This document shows positions 1 through 12,620 of a stretch of DNA of 64,000 nt, piece after piece (position 1 is the first letter of the stretch; each line of letters begins with the position of its first letter). Under the pieces are notes generated by a model that worked only from the letters and a program-made list of their open reading frames with translations, did not search any database and was not told the DNA's origin. The stretch spans positions 76,262,001-76,326,000 of the forward strand of contig CM052816.1 in assembly GCA_028534125.1 (NCBI GenBank), read 5' to 3'. Made by a program: the position numbers and the translations under genes. Source of the DNA: Lama glama. Lineage: Eukaryota.

Positions 1-3000
1 TATATTATGCTGTCCCAAAGTCAGAGTATGTCTGTACTGATTGCTGATACTGAAATACTCTCCAGCTGGTAAGGAGCCGCACTGATGAGACCTTTGCCAC
101 AGTCTTGCTGGGGAGGCTTGACACCTGGCAGAGCAAAGGCCTCTGGGACCTGCTCCTCTTCTACAACTGACACCTAGTGCTGTGCTGAATGGCTTCTTCC
201 ATGTCTGTAATCTCCCCCTCTCTCAACATACTAAGAACGGGGAAGCATAACATTCACATGAGGTTAATCCTACCCTAAAAATTTCTGTATATGGCTTAGC
301 AAACTTTTAGCAATTTTAATGATTTAAAATTATATATAATATGGTTTATAAATGTATCTTTAGATGTGAAATCCAAGGACCCATATGACATATTAATTAA
401 TAGCTCTAGCTATGTACACTAAACTAAGGAGACAAAGTTCCAGCAATCCAGCCATCACATTGAAGGATGAGACTGGCAGAGGGCCGGATCAGAAAGATCT
501 CAAGATAGCTAAAACTCATGTTGGAAAAAAATAAGGAAGGCACCTTGTTTTTAGAAGTCAAAATACCAAATAGATAATAATTCTTGAAGGATGTATAATT
601 GGGTCCTGAACTTAGGGTTGAAATCTATAGCCAGCTTTTGGAAAATAGGAGAAGTACTTGGGAAACAGAGGGGAGGGGTAGAACAGGGGGGAGTTGGCAA
701 GGATTGTTACTAGTTGCGCATTATGATTTGTTGACTTGTAAGATTTTTAGAGGTTTGGAAGACAATCAGCCAAGGCTGGATGCCGTCAAAAAGGTTTCCT
801 AGTAGAGCTGGAGTAAACCCAGAGACACCCCCTGGCCCCACCCAGTGTTCTGGCAGAGCCCTGTGCTCTGCTCGACCCTGAGGGGAGTGGGAGACTTCCA
901 CTGGAGGGGGGAACCAACTGCCACTCCCTCCTCCCCAAGCTGTTCAGATAAGACATTCTTTCAAGCATTCATTGAAGTTCATATTTTGTATTTTTAGTTT
1001 GAAATCCAGATACATTCAACAGAAGTCAAATCCAAATATTTGGCATTCTGAGTTCTGGAACTGGAAGATTCCTCAAGTTCAACTGTATATATCTCTGTCT
1101 CCTGTGAAGACTTCATCTACTTAAACTTTCTCAAAGGGGAACAGTTTTGCCTTTTTAATTTAGCAGGACGAGGATTCTACAAATACTTCTGTCTATTTGA
1201 GATTAATTATTTTCATTCTCCAACAGTTCTTTTGCATGTCTAACCTCATTATTTTGTTTTGATTGTACCCTTTATCTCTTTGGTCCTATCTATCTTGAGA
1301 TAAAGTAATATAGAACGTTTCATTACATATTCAATTCAGTTATAATTTTTTTCTGTGTTTTCTTTTCTCTAGACTTAATATAAACCCAATTCCTTTTAAG
1401 ATTTATCCTTAAGTTCATTACCCTTCCTTGATCATTTCTGGTGCTCTTCTTTGAACCCTTTTCAGTTTTCCCATATTCTTAAAAGAGAAGAATTGAAACA
1501 GACAACTCTGATGCTCTGGTGCTCAATATGCCAGATAGCTTTAAAGTTATTTTTTCTATTAACAGATTCCTTTCAGCGGTGGCACCACATTGCCTAAGAT
1601 AAACATTGTCTGTGGTGTTTTTAAAGCCGACATCTATTTGAGTCCATGTCCTTATCCACAGAACTCAACCGAAGGAGAAATGGAAAGGGGCATCTTTGTA
1701 AAAGCCTCTCTCTACCCCTCTGCTTTGAGTGGCTCATTCCAGAAGTCAGTTTTTTCTTTCTTGCTATGAAAGAATTTGTTTGCTAGATTTTCCTTAGAAT
1801 TTAGTTTAACAGCCGCTGGTGCCAATGGTGCTGACAAGAAACAAGAATTCGGATTAGCTTTTGCTGGTAGGGTATGATATCCAAATAGCTCTTTAATGAA
1901 GTGGGGAATGTGCTTGTTATATTTGGAGAGTATAATAACTCACAAATAATTAGCTTTCGCTTGTCAAATTTTAGCAAAACTATATACTTTTACTGACTTA
2001 GTTTACTAACTGGTCCATGTCTTTTGAATATCATGAACATATTATATAGACCATGTTCTGAAAGTATCAAAATACCATACTTTCATTTTATTCAACAGGA
2101 AACTAACCAAGGAGATGATACTCACAGGCAAATCAAGCTACTTGGATTTTTGATGAAGCATATACTGCTATTAGAATATATATATATATTTATTTGTTGC
2201 CAGTCAAGGATGCCAGTATCTAAACAAATTATACTAAGTAAATAAATTAATTAAATAAGTAAATAACTAAATTATAAGAAAATGAATGAGTGAAGAAAGA
2301 AAGAAAGCAATTAGAATTCTGCAAGTGCAGGGAGAACAATCACTGTTTAAAATTAACCTTTCTCTAAAGAAATTAATGTAATTTTGATAGATCTGAAATG
2401 TGCCAGGCAGGCAAAGAAAATTGAATATGGAATATCTGATTTGAAGTTACCTTTCAAATGTTATTATTTGTACGTTTTCCCTTAACCTCTTAGGAGCTTA
2501 AAATATTGAGTTACATAAAATAATCAACGTTCCATAACTGCTTGTTGTGGCATCAGTAGAAATTCATTAGCACTTAAAGGCAATTCCTTTATTAAAAGTG
2601 GGAGCCGTTGGCTAGATATGTGTGACCCTCAAGAAGGGAGAGCACCTGGCAGAGTAGCTGGTGCAGAGGGGGCTCTCGTAAGTTGTTTTTAATGAGAGGG
2701 AAACGTACTGTAGGAATTCCTTTAAAACAAAATTTAAAAAATAGGGAAAACTAGTTTGGGAGAAACAAAATCTGTTATGCCAACTGGTGGCATCCATTTT
2801 TCTGGTAGGACATTTCATAGAACGAGATTTGGAAGTGCCTCACCTTCACAACACACACATGGAAAGTTACTTACCTTGTATTCCGTTTGGAAATGATTAA
2901 AAATGGTTCCAATCAGTCTTACACTTGTCAAAAGAATACTTTGATTGATTTCTAAAATTTTTTCCTTAATTCGAATAAGTATCACACTGGCCTCTTTATC

Positions 3001-3751
3001 TGTCTTATCCAAAATGTCTCATCTGTCCAACATTTTCATGAATATGACAGTCTCTATGCTTTTCTCCATGGACTAGGCTTAGGATAGATGTTTTCAGAAA
3101 ATACTCAGTTCTGTTACCCGAGTTACATTGTATGAATTGCACAAATTCAGCTGAGATTTCTTTAAAATATACACAACAGAAAAAAAGATCGTGGCTGGTG
3201 ACTTTTAATCAAAATTATGACCAAATGGATTATGCCAGATTAGATCTAGAATTCAAAATCAGTGAAAGAGGGAAAATACATCTTAAAGGGCAAGCTAGCT
3301 AGCACGTGTTTGTAACAAGGTTACCTTTCTGACATTGTATGTATGTATCCTTATGGGCAAAAATAAATGAATACTTGATTCTTGGAGAAAGAATATGTCT
3401 TGAAGTGGCCATGCAAGAAAAGCCAAAACAAATACCAATGACTAAAAGGAAGTGAGCTGTATGTGACTGGGAATTATTATAATGTTATAAAATAGCTCAT
3501 TGCTTATCAAGCAAGAGTGATTTGAATTGACTGAAAATGTTATTGACTTGACCAGGACACGGAGCTCAAGTTAGAGGTTATGTGTTCACTAATTTGTTTA
3601 TCCTGAGGCTTGCTGTGGTGTTAGTGCTTTGTGTGATGCCCCGCCCACAGTTAGTGCTTTCTGAGTAGTTCATGCAATAAATACCTTTTAGGGACACATT
3701 GTAAAGTGCTGTAATATCATTTGATTCCTTCACATTTTAAGGAGCACTCAT

Positions 3752-3895
3752 TCAGAGAGACCTGATTTGAACTTCAATTCTGTTGTTGCTTAATTGTCAT
3801 TGGCTGATTTAGTGAGTCTTAATGAGGTCCTCATCTCGAAAATAGAATCAGTGGTACCTACTTCATAAGAATATTGTTAAGATTAAGTGAGGATA
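3752..3895 (+). mobile_element. MIR SINE remnant
   Basis: Degenerate MIR core (cctcatctcgaaaatagaatcagtggtacctacttcataagaatattgttaagattaagtgag); boundaries approximate. Confidence 0.6.
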
Positions 3896-3999
3896 TATAG
3901 TTAAAAAAACAAAGTAATATTTCAGGACAATCTGAGTCAAGGCAAAATGCATGAGTTTTATAATTAGACAAAAATTTACACTTGGCCAGTGAGAAATTG

Positions 4000-4402
4000 G
4001 GTTGTTATTGGTTTGCCGTGAGACTTGGCAGTGTTTTCTGCTATGGCTGGAATAAATTTGTCTTCCCCTTGATACTGGGTTTGGCCATGGGAATTGTTTT
4101 GACCAGTGGAGTGTTAGCGGAAGTGTCAAGGCTGTGAGAGGCAGCGTGTGTTCCCACTCTCTTATGCTTTTGCATTTGCATGAGGAGAGCATGTCCAACT
4201 TAGTCTGTTGTTTCAGAAATAATGAGGAGGCATGTAGAGTAAACTTGAACCCAGACTGCAAATTGAAGCCAAGTGGCTGATCCTAGCTGAGCCACAATTT
4301 TTCTTTAGACCAATAAATGATAAATGAATGCTAGTTCTTGTTGGCTAGTGAGAACTTTAGGGTTATTTATTACCCAGCACTATCTTAGCACTAGTTGACT
4401 AC
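4000..4402 (+). mobile_element. Old MaLR (MLT1H/I/J-like) solo LTR
   Basis: MLT1-type motifs: gggtttggccatgggaattgttttgaccagtggagtgttagcggaagtg ... aataaatg ... ttatttattacccagcact; subfamily not resolved. Confidence 0.65.
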
Positions 4403-4934
4403 TGTGTGGCCCCACTCAGTTATGTTGACTGCAGAATAGATTTTTTCCAAAGTGTTCAGATGGCTTTACATTTAATTTCTTCACATGTCTGAAAGGTCAT
4501 GGCTGTCATATCTCTTTGTACATTTATGAAAATCCATGGACTAGGAAGCAAAATATCTTTTAACATCAAATCTGGTGCCTTAACATAATTTTGTATATTT
4601 TCCATAAAGCTTGGTATATTTTATTATATTTATTTTAAAATATGGAATACAAATAGACCAATTTTGTATCTACTTTATCTCTGTGATAGCATTTATAAAA
4701 TTTACTTATGACAGGCATAGTCCTCTTAAGCCACACCTGCTGGCTTCAGGCAATAGAATATTTTCAAAAATTCTGGGCACTTGAAGTCCTTGAGGTCTCT
4801 CTTTGTTGGAAGTGATCCAGTGTATTGGTTTAGTTATGTTGCTGAAATATGGGGATTGGCATGATGGAGAGACTTCTCCATCTTCTGCAGTGCTAACATG
4901 CATAGCCGTAACTTGACAGTTTCAGCTTTCTCTG

Positions 4935-5375
4935 TGTATGTAGGGATGAGATAAGCTAAAGTAAAAAAAAAAAAAAAAGACTCCAAAGTAGAAGGTCAAA
5001 GAATACAGAGGTTTATTTATTTCTCCTGTAATAGTTTTTGAAGTCATTGATCCTGGAATAGACAGTAACTCTGAGCCTATGGTCACTGGTATATTCAAGT
5101 TCCTTCTAAGACATAACTCTGCCATCAAATAAAACAGTTATTATATTATATGGTTAAAACTAAGTGAGTGACATGCTCAGGTTTCAGCAGGTGGAAAAGG
5201 GATGAGAAAGCAGAGGGATCCATCCCTATGGTTTTAAGGATCCAGCCAGAAAGTGACCACCTGTCACTTCTATTCACATATCGTTATTGAGAACTTAGTC
5301 ACATGGCCATATCTTACTGCAAGGGGGTCTGGGAAATGTAGTCTCTAGCTAAGTGGCCAGGTCCGCAGCTTCAGC
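4935..5375 (-). mobile_element. Old MaLR (MLT1J/K-like) LTR
   Basis: Reverse-orientation MLT1 signature tcacttctattcacat...agaacttagtcacatggccatatcttactgcaagggggtctgggaaatgtagtct. Confidence 0.65.
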
Positions 5376-5547
5376 TGTAACCATATACAACGTCTGCAAT
5401 ATGTTGGAAGGAAAAGGGCCTCTCTCAATCTCTTCTCTACCTAAGGAGAAACCCCTTTCACTCCCATGCTGTTGGAACTTCTGTTTTGCTCCTGATCTCT
5501 AATGTAAATTTGGGGGATCATATGTACAGAGTTTCTATTCAGTTTAC

Positions 5548-5725
5548 TACTTTCTAGCAGTGTGACATTGGACCCCTTACTCTGGGGTCTCTCAGTTGCT
5601 TTATTCTTTAAAATGAGAATTAAAATATTCATCTTGGACAGTTGTAGAATATAACGGACTGTTTGTATAAGCACTTGAAACACTGGCTGGCACATGCTGA
5701 GCATCTGGCAGGTGTATCCTATGGC
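5548..5725 (+). mobile_element. MIR SINE remnant
   Basis: gtgtgacattggac...tctcagttgctttattctttaaaatgagaat...taagcacttgaaacactggctggcacat. Confidence 0.6.
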
Positions 5726-6502
5726 AGCTGTAGTCATTATAGAGGTTTTGTTTGTTGTAATGTAGAGGACAAGCAGTGATTGGTAGGTACTATGAATGCT
5801 GTTGTTGTTGTTGGAGTGAACCTGAGATCTAGCTTCCCACATGAATGAGATCCTAAGAAGGAACTCTCACTTTCCTGCCCCTCTACCTGGTTGCCTGTCA
5901 CACCGTGCCCCAGCATTCCAAGCACATTTGCTGTGTCACATATTGAACTTGGTCCACATAGACCTCCTTGGCCTCTTCACTTGTTCTTGCAGCCTGACTT
6001 CAACCAGTGTTGCTCCCCACTGTTACCCAACACTCCTTCCCCTCCAATGGTCCTGAAAATGCCCAGTGCAAGCTATATAATTCTCTGCTAAGTGTTTAGT
6101 TGAGACTGCTTGGGATGGAAGAAGACCTCTTCTTGCAGAGCCCTGATAGCTTGGCTTGGTCGGCCCCTGACCACCCCATGGAATACTAAGGTCTGGGATA
6201 TCCCAAGGCAGCAGGCCTGTGTGAACAACTCTGCAATGAGCCTGGGCAGGGACCACAAACCCAGTTTGTCTCCAGATATGCTCTCTGTCTTGCCTACTCT
6301 CTAAGGAGGTAGAATGGACTTCATCTGGGTTGCTTGGGGGACTACCATCCTCAGTGAAGAAGAATCCATATTTTTTACTGAAAGCTTCCTGGCCTATGTG
6401 ATTTCACAATTTCTGGTCAGTGGAGATTATCTTGTGCTTTTGCTGCCTAAGTCTAGTAGTATATTCAGCTATCACTCCCTACACCCACCAGGCTAACTAG
6501 AA

Positions 6503-6811
6503 CTGCACTGTCCAATACAATACTGGACTACATGTGGCTACTGAGCTCTTTAAATTTGGCTAATCTTAGTGGAGATGTATTGAAATTTTAAATACACACT
6601 AAGTTTCAAAGATATGCTTAATATAAAACTAATATCACTAAATAATTTTTTATGTTGATGATGTCAATGTATTTTGGAAATACTGAATTAAATAAAATGC
6701 ATTGTTAAAATTAATTTTATTATTTTTCAGTTTTACTTTTTTTAAATGCAGCTGCTAGGAAATTTAAAATTGTATATGTGGCTTATATTATATTTCCATT
6801 GGACAGAACTG
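6503..6811 (+). mobile_element. MER33-like hAT-Charlie non-autonomous DNA transposon
   Basis: About 310 bp with terminal inverted repeats ctgcactgtccaata / cattggacagaactg; internal cacatgtggcta-like motifs and an AT-rich body match the MER33 consensus as recalled. Confidence 0.8.
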
Positions 6812-7581
6812 CAATTGATTCTTTGGACCAAACCATGTAGGTATATAAATTTCAACTCTGTTTATGTTCCAGTAACGCTGAAGACCATTTCAAGAAGTAG
6901 GCAGGTGCTTTCTTCATAGAAGTGCATAGTAGAAAGGTAATTTGCCAATACAAGATGAATTATGTAGACTCTTGACTACTGCTGGCTGACTCTAGGAACT
7001 TTGTTATTGATCAAAATCATAAAGAAGAAACATTTATGGTCAGTAGTACTTGGCAGTGTGTAAATTATAGTTAGATTATGTAAATTTCAAATGGCATCAA
7101 TATTTATATAAGAAAGACTCAAATGAGATAATTGTGACTCAGTAACCCAAGACAGCAAATTAAAAATGATGAGATACTTAATTTCAAAATTAACTGTCAG
7201 AACATGTATCTTTGAAATACTCTTGTCATACACTTACTCTTAATGTTTAATCAGAAATGATGTTCGTAGTGGCATTGTCTAAGCAAGTCTTAAGAAGATT
7301 CTAATTCCCTGAGGATATATCTTTCCCATTATTCTCCCTTCAGATTCTGATTGATTAAATAACTGTTCTGTCAAATTAGGGTAGGGGAACTCACAGGTCG
7401 GGGACTCTGGTTCTGAACGAAATTCTATTAGATAGAGGGACGTCTGTACTGGCAGGCCTACAGTTCTTAAAGGTTAACTGGTAGGGTATTATTCCACCAA
7501 CTTTTGGAAACCTAATTTTTGGTTTGTATGTCCCTGTATCAGTCAGGATACAATCAGAAAAACAGAACCACTAGGTACTAT

Positions 7582-7615
7582 ATTCATTCATTCATTCATT
7601 CATTCATTCATTCAT
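7582..7615. repeat. (TTCA)n tetranucleotide microsatellite
   Basis: About 8 tandem ttca units seen directly. Confidence 0.95.
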
Positions 7616-7841
7616 GTATTAAGGGTTTTATCACAGGGGTTTGACTTTACACAGTTGTGGAAGCTGATGAGTAGGCACTGTGAAGCTGTTGCCTGGTGTC
7701 TGATCCTAAAGCAGGGAGGACAAGGAGAGATGCCTGTGAAGTGGAGGAGAGCAGGAACCCACAAGCACCTCTTCTAATTACCCTTCACCTTGATAGCCTG
7801 GGTTTCTGGCCGAAGCCAGGGCCCATCTTCATTCTGGAGCT

Positions 7842-7864
7842 ACACATACACACACACACACACA
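7842..7864. repeat. (CA)n microsatellite
   Basis: acacatacacacacacacacaca. Confidence 0.9.
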
Positions 7865-10124
7865 TATTGAAAAAGCGGAGAAGTCAGGCCCAGCCCCTGT
7901 CTCACACCAGCAAGGTGAGCTGGAGAACGAGTGATGACTTGTGTGACCTACGAAAAGCAATGGCTGCTGCTCTACTTCCACCCCCAAACCCGAGTGTCTC
8001 TGTGGCCCAGCCTCAGTGGAAACATACATGGCTGGGAAATCTGGGGAAGGTAGTTCATGCTAAGTGGAGACAACACAAAGCCACCGCAGTGTCTCTTCAT
8101 GTGTGTCTTTTAAAAAATGTTTTTCAGTCTGTTCTCAGGGCATAGTGTCCTCAAGTATATAGGCATAGCCTTTCTTATCTTTCTCCTCTCCTCCTTATGC
8201 AGGCTTTGAACATGTCTGCATTTGTCTTCTTGGTGCATCTCTTTGTTGCTGTTTCTTTAGGGCCCATTTTTTTTCTCTGACTTTCCTTCTCTTTGTGTGT
8301 CCTCGTCTCTTGGTGTCCTGCCTACCTCACACTCTTCCTCTTTTATGACCAAGAGACTGAATTGCTTGTAATTTTTTTTTTTAGTTCTTTTAGTCAGTAT
8401 ATTTTTATGATCTCTATTCTTAATGTTCAAATAGACTACAGGGCATTTTAGACTTCTTTCTAGCAAAAAATAAATAAACTTCAAAAAGAAAAGTTGAATG
8501 GCCTTAGATTAATGTTTTCTATAAGTAAATAGCCTGGTAGAAACAGTCAATACTAAAAGTCATTGATGCCAAGCTTTAATGGATGTCCTTGAACAGTTCT
8601 GACAGCTGCCGTGCATCACCTCTGCCACCATGCAGTGTTTGACCCGTGCTCCAGCTGGTTTTTAAATGGTATTTATCACTTCCTTTCGCTGTTTTGCATT
8701 TTTCAGGTTAAAGATTGCCTCACACACGTCAAAGCAGATAACCACCTCTAAAATTAAGGAATCTCTTGACAGTATTCTTTTCCCAATTTTTTTCTAGAGA
8801 CTTTTAAAAACCATCATCTATTTTTATCAATTACCAAATTATTACACATAACATTTCCCATGTGGATGTTGTTATTCTTTTGTCATACTCCCACGTGGGC
8901 TGGATTAATGGGGTATTTTCCTTCTATAGCCTAAATGCGTGAGAGTTTGGGTTTGGAGGAAGGCTAACTGGAAAACATCAAAGTGCTTAGCATGGTGCTG
9001 GAGGCATTAGCTAGTAGGGACGATTTGGACTTGCTGGAGAACAGCAGAGAGCAGTGGGATACTTGAGTGGAGAAAGAAAATGTCAGGAGATAGGCAAGAT
9101 GGGAGCATTCAAACACATCTTCTCTGCTTCTTAGCTTAACTCGGACAGACCCTCTACAGCTGGGTAGCTTCAAAAAACTCTCGCATTTGAGTCTGTAATT
9201 AGTTAGAGACATCTTGCTATCGATGTGGGCTCAGGCCCTCTCTGGGCAGGAAGGGGTAATGGAGACCCAAGTTCACGACAGCTGAGCTTTTCTCCGGCGT
9301 ACACATGAACTCACCCCTGCCGCACACACATGCCCACTCACAGCTGGGAAAGGATTAGTTATAATGATGATATTGATACCTGATGCTGGTATAGAGTTTT
9401 AGAATTTACAGAGTGCTTTTGCAAACATTGTCTTAGAATGGAGAGAATAAGAGGCAGTAAACACAATTAGGAGGGCATATGGAGAAGTTAACAGGAAGGA
9501 AGAGACTATATAGGGGAAAAAAGTGCCCGTGGGTGGGGACTAGCTTAAAAGTAAGAAACACAGAGAACAGCAGTTCATGGAGGGAACTTGGTACAATCTC
9601 ACTAATCTAATCTGCTGGTGATGAGTGTTTTCTGTAAATGCCCTTAGGCATCTTGAAAAAGATATGCAGCAGATTGGAGAGCACTGCTATTTCACAGTCT
9701 AGACTTCAAAATTAGTTAAGAACATTTGGAAAAAATTAGTGCAAAGATTTCAGAAAAGGACAGCTGTGCAGGCTGCTTTTACTTAGTAGTCCGTGTGAAC
9801 TGTGGCCTGAAAACCAACTTCAAGCCTTGCAGGGCTTGGAACACAGATGAAGGCCCACATGTCTCTCATTCAGCTCTTTGGCTATGGGGAAGCTGAGCTG
9901 GGCATCAGTGTGCTGTCACCTCATTCAGCACTCAGGATCTTAGGGAGTGGGCGCAACTTAAGCAGCCCTGCCAAGAGAGCTGATGCCCAATCATGCACAA
10001 CCCAGAACAGTCTAAACTGACCTCACTAACACAGCAGTCATATGACTCAGGCTGGGCTGGCTTGTCAAGTCTGAGCAAACACTACTGTGGGTCTCCCTAC
10101 CCCATTCAAGAAAGTTGACATCAG

Positions 10125-10144
10125 GAGAGAGAGAGAGAGAGAGA
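10125..10144. repeat. (GA)n microsatellite
   Basis: 10 ga units. Confidence 0.95.
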
Positions 10145-12299
10145 TGGAAGCACCTGTCCTCTGAAAGGATTGACATCTCTTAATTCCTCAGAAGTTTCTC
10201 TTTTCCCCCCTAGTTTGTGGTGGCTATATCCAAACTAGGATGATTTTGATCTTAGCAACAAAGTTGTTCTCTCTTCTCTAGGGTTTCCATGTTCATTGCT
10301 GTTCTCTTCAGTGTCTCTTTCCGGGCATCTTTGATGAGTAGGATTAGAGTGTTCAGAACAATGGGTTTCATGAGACTTTTCAGATTTGCTGTGACCTTCT
10401 CTATAGAGTGAGTCTCCCTGACGCAAAAGAGACGAAAACAAATAAAAACCACATGCTTTCAGTTCTAGCTCTGCCCCTTAATAGAGGCATCATAATTGGG
10501 CTTGTATTTCCCCATCTTGAATGTAAGGTGATCATTTTGGGTTGTCTCCAAGTCTGCTTGAGTTTTGACAACGTGTGGCAGAAACAATTTTAATGTCTTC
10601 TGTAAGAACCCACAGATTTTCTTTTAGTAACAAACACATGTTTCTTGCCTCTAAAATTACTAATAGATTGGTTCAAGGTTTTGGAGGCCTTCAAAACATG
10701 AAGATGAAGTTTTATTCAAATACAGAGAACTCTGAAGAGCTTTGGGTGTCTCTGACAACATGTTGGTAATTCCATCAGAGGAAAAGGTACAGATTGTCAA
10801 TAAGAAGTGGATGTATGATGGAAAGGCATGGAGAAGGTAGGGGTGTGCAGATGTTGTAATGCAGAGATGAGCTGGCAAACAGTGGCTTCCCTGTCATGGC
10901 TGGAAAGTGTCTGGGTCCTGGGTGTGTGTGGTGACAAATCAGGATGCCGCCCATTGACTGTCCTTGCAAGAATGTGTAAAAGTCAGGTCATGTGTAGTCT
11001 GGGAATCAGAAGACCCAGTCCAGAGACAGACTGCCTTTCATGCTGACAGTCTAGGGCCAGAAGGCTAGTAGTGCCAGCAGGGTGAAGATGATGTCATAAC
11101 CACATCTTCTTTGGTTAAAGACTCCAAGATAGGAGCTCTCAATGGAAGACAATCTTAAACTAAATTGCTTAGGACAGATACCTGGGAGGTTTATAATATG
11201 TTTCACTATAGTAAAATGTCATGAATTCCTTTGGTGTCACACATTACATGGTTATCTCCATAAATGCTCTATTAAGTCATGTCTATAGGCAAAGCTTAAA
11301 ATTGAAACCTACAAAGGAGAGTAAAAATAGGCAATAATATTATTTTTCCTTTATCTCTTTATCTTCATGATGCTAAGAAATAATATACAATTAAATTTAA
11401 TCTGATTTGACTGTTTGGGGACTAGCCTTATTTCAAGGGTAGGCCCTATTTGGATTTGGTTTATGTGTTCAGTCTTGTCTCATGCTGTTTAGGGAGGAGA
11501 TGAAAACATAAACTGAGTAGGTGTATTATTGAATTATTTTGCCATGTTAGCCACAATCATATTTTGTTGTTTTTCTTCTAACCATGCTCATTACAGAGAT
11601 TTTGAAAAGTACAGAATGTAAGGTAAAAATCATATTACCAGCAGCTTCCCCACCAGAAGCCACTGCTAGTAACATCTGGAAACACTTTTTTGTGGTTGTT
11701 TTCTTTGGCTCTGTAAATCACACAACATATTATTAGCAAATTTTTTAAATTTTAAAATGGGCATGATTCTTATTTCCCCTTATTAAAGAGGGCTGTAATA
11801 AGCCAGTACTGATTCTCAGTGATTTTTAAAGTAGACCAAGCTTGTCTTTGCTGTCTCTGATATTTTCAGCTTTGCCCCCCTGACTTCCCCATTCTAAGTG
11901 CCTTGCTTGGTCTTGTTTCTGTCCATTCTCCCCATTTCATCTCATCAGCTACTGTGCCTCCATGCTCCTTTGTAGATTACCCCTCACCACCCATCCCACA
12001 CTCCCACCCCCAATTCAGTAATATAAACATATTCAAATATGGATTTTTCAAATATCTAGAACCCATTGATGATGGAACTTGCACAGAGCAACTACTGATG
12101 AATGAGGTGGATTGAGAGGTCCCCAAATCCTACCATATTCTATTTAGAGTCCTTAGTTGAAACTCCATATGGGATGATTAGAAAATGTTCACAGCACTGG
12201 TGCTTCCAGAGGGGTCCCCTCCTTCCTTCCCTTTTAGCCTTAAATACTATAACTGGCTTATGAAGATATCTCATTTCTGTCTGAGAATCTGCCTATTGT

Positions 12300-12620
12300 C
12301 TCTTGTTGCTCTTCACTAACATCATCTTATCTTCCAGCTGGGTCTCTCCATGCTCCATTCCAGTGAAGGAATTTAGCTGGGATAAAGTATCAGGTGAGTA
12401 TCAGGTACAAGGTTTAATCAACAGACTTGGAGTCATCCTTGATTCCTCTGTTTCTCTCACCTGCCCACCTCCCGTGCACACACACACACACACACACACG
12501 CACACACACCCTCCACACACATAACACCCCTAGTAAATCATCAAGTCCAATCACTTAAGAATTAGAAACACATCTTTAATTCAGCACAGTTTTCTTACTA
12601 TCACTGTCCTTGTCCAAGCT
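12300..12620 (+). mobile_element. L2 LINE remnant, interrupted by (CA)n at about 12476-12520
   Basis: gacttggagtcatccttgattcctctgtttctctcacc...aatcatcaagtcc, typical L2 3'-region motif. Confidence 0.55.

Larger units (their letters stand above)
7535..8089 (-). mobile_element. ERVL-class solo LTR (LTR16/LTR33/MLT2-like)
   Basis: Starts tgtatcagtcaggatacaatcagaaaaacagaaccactagg and ends ctggggaaggtagttcatgctaagtggagacaacacaaagccaccgca; TG...CA termini; contains internal microsatellites. Confidence 0.55.

Noticed and set aside
7696..8145. 149-aa ORF
   Set aside because: GTG start inside an LTR relic that includes a (CA)n run.
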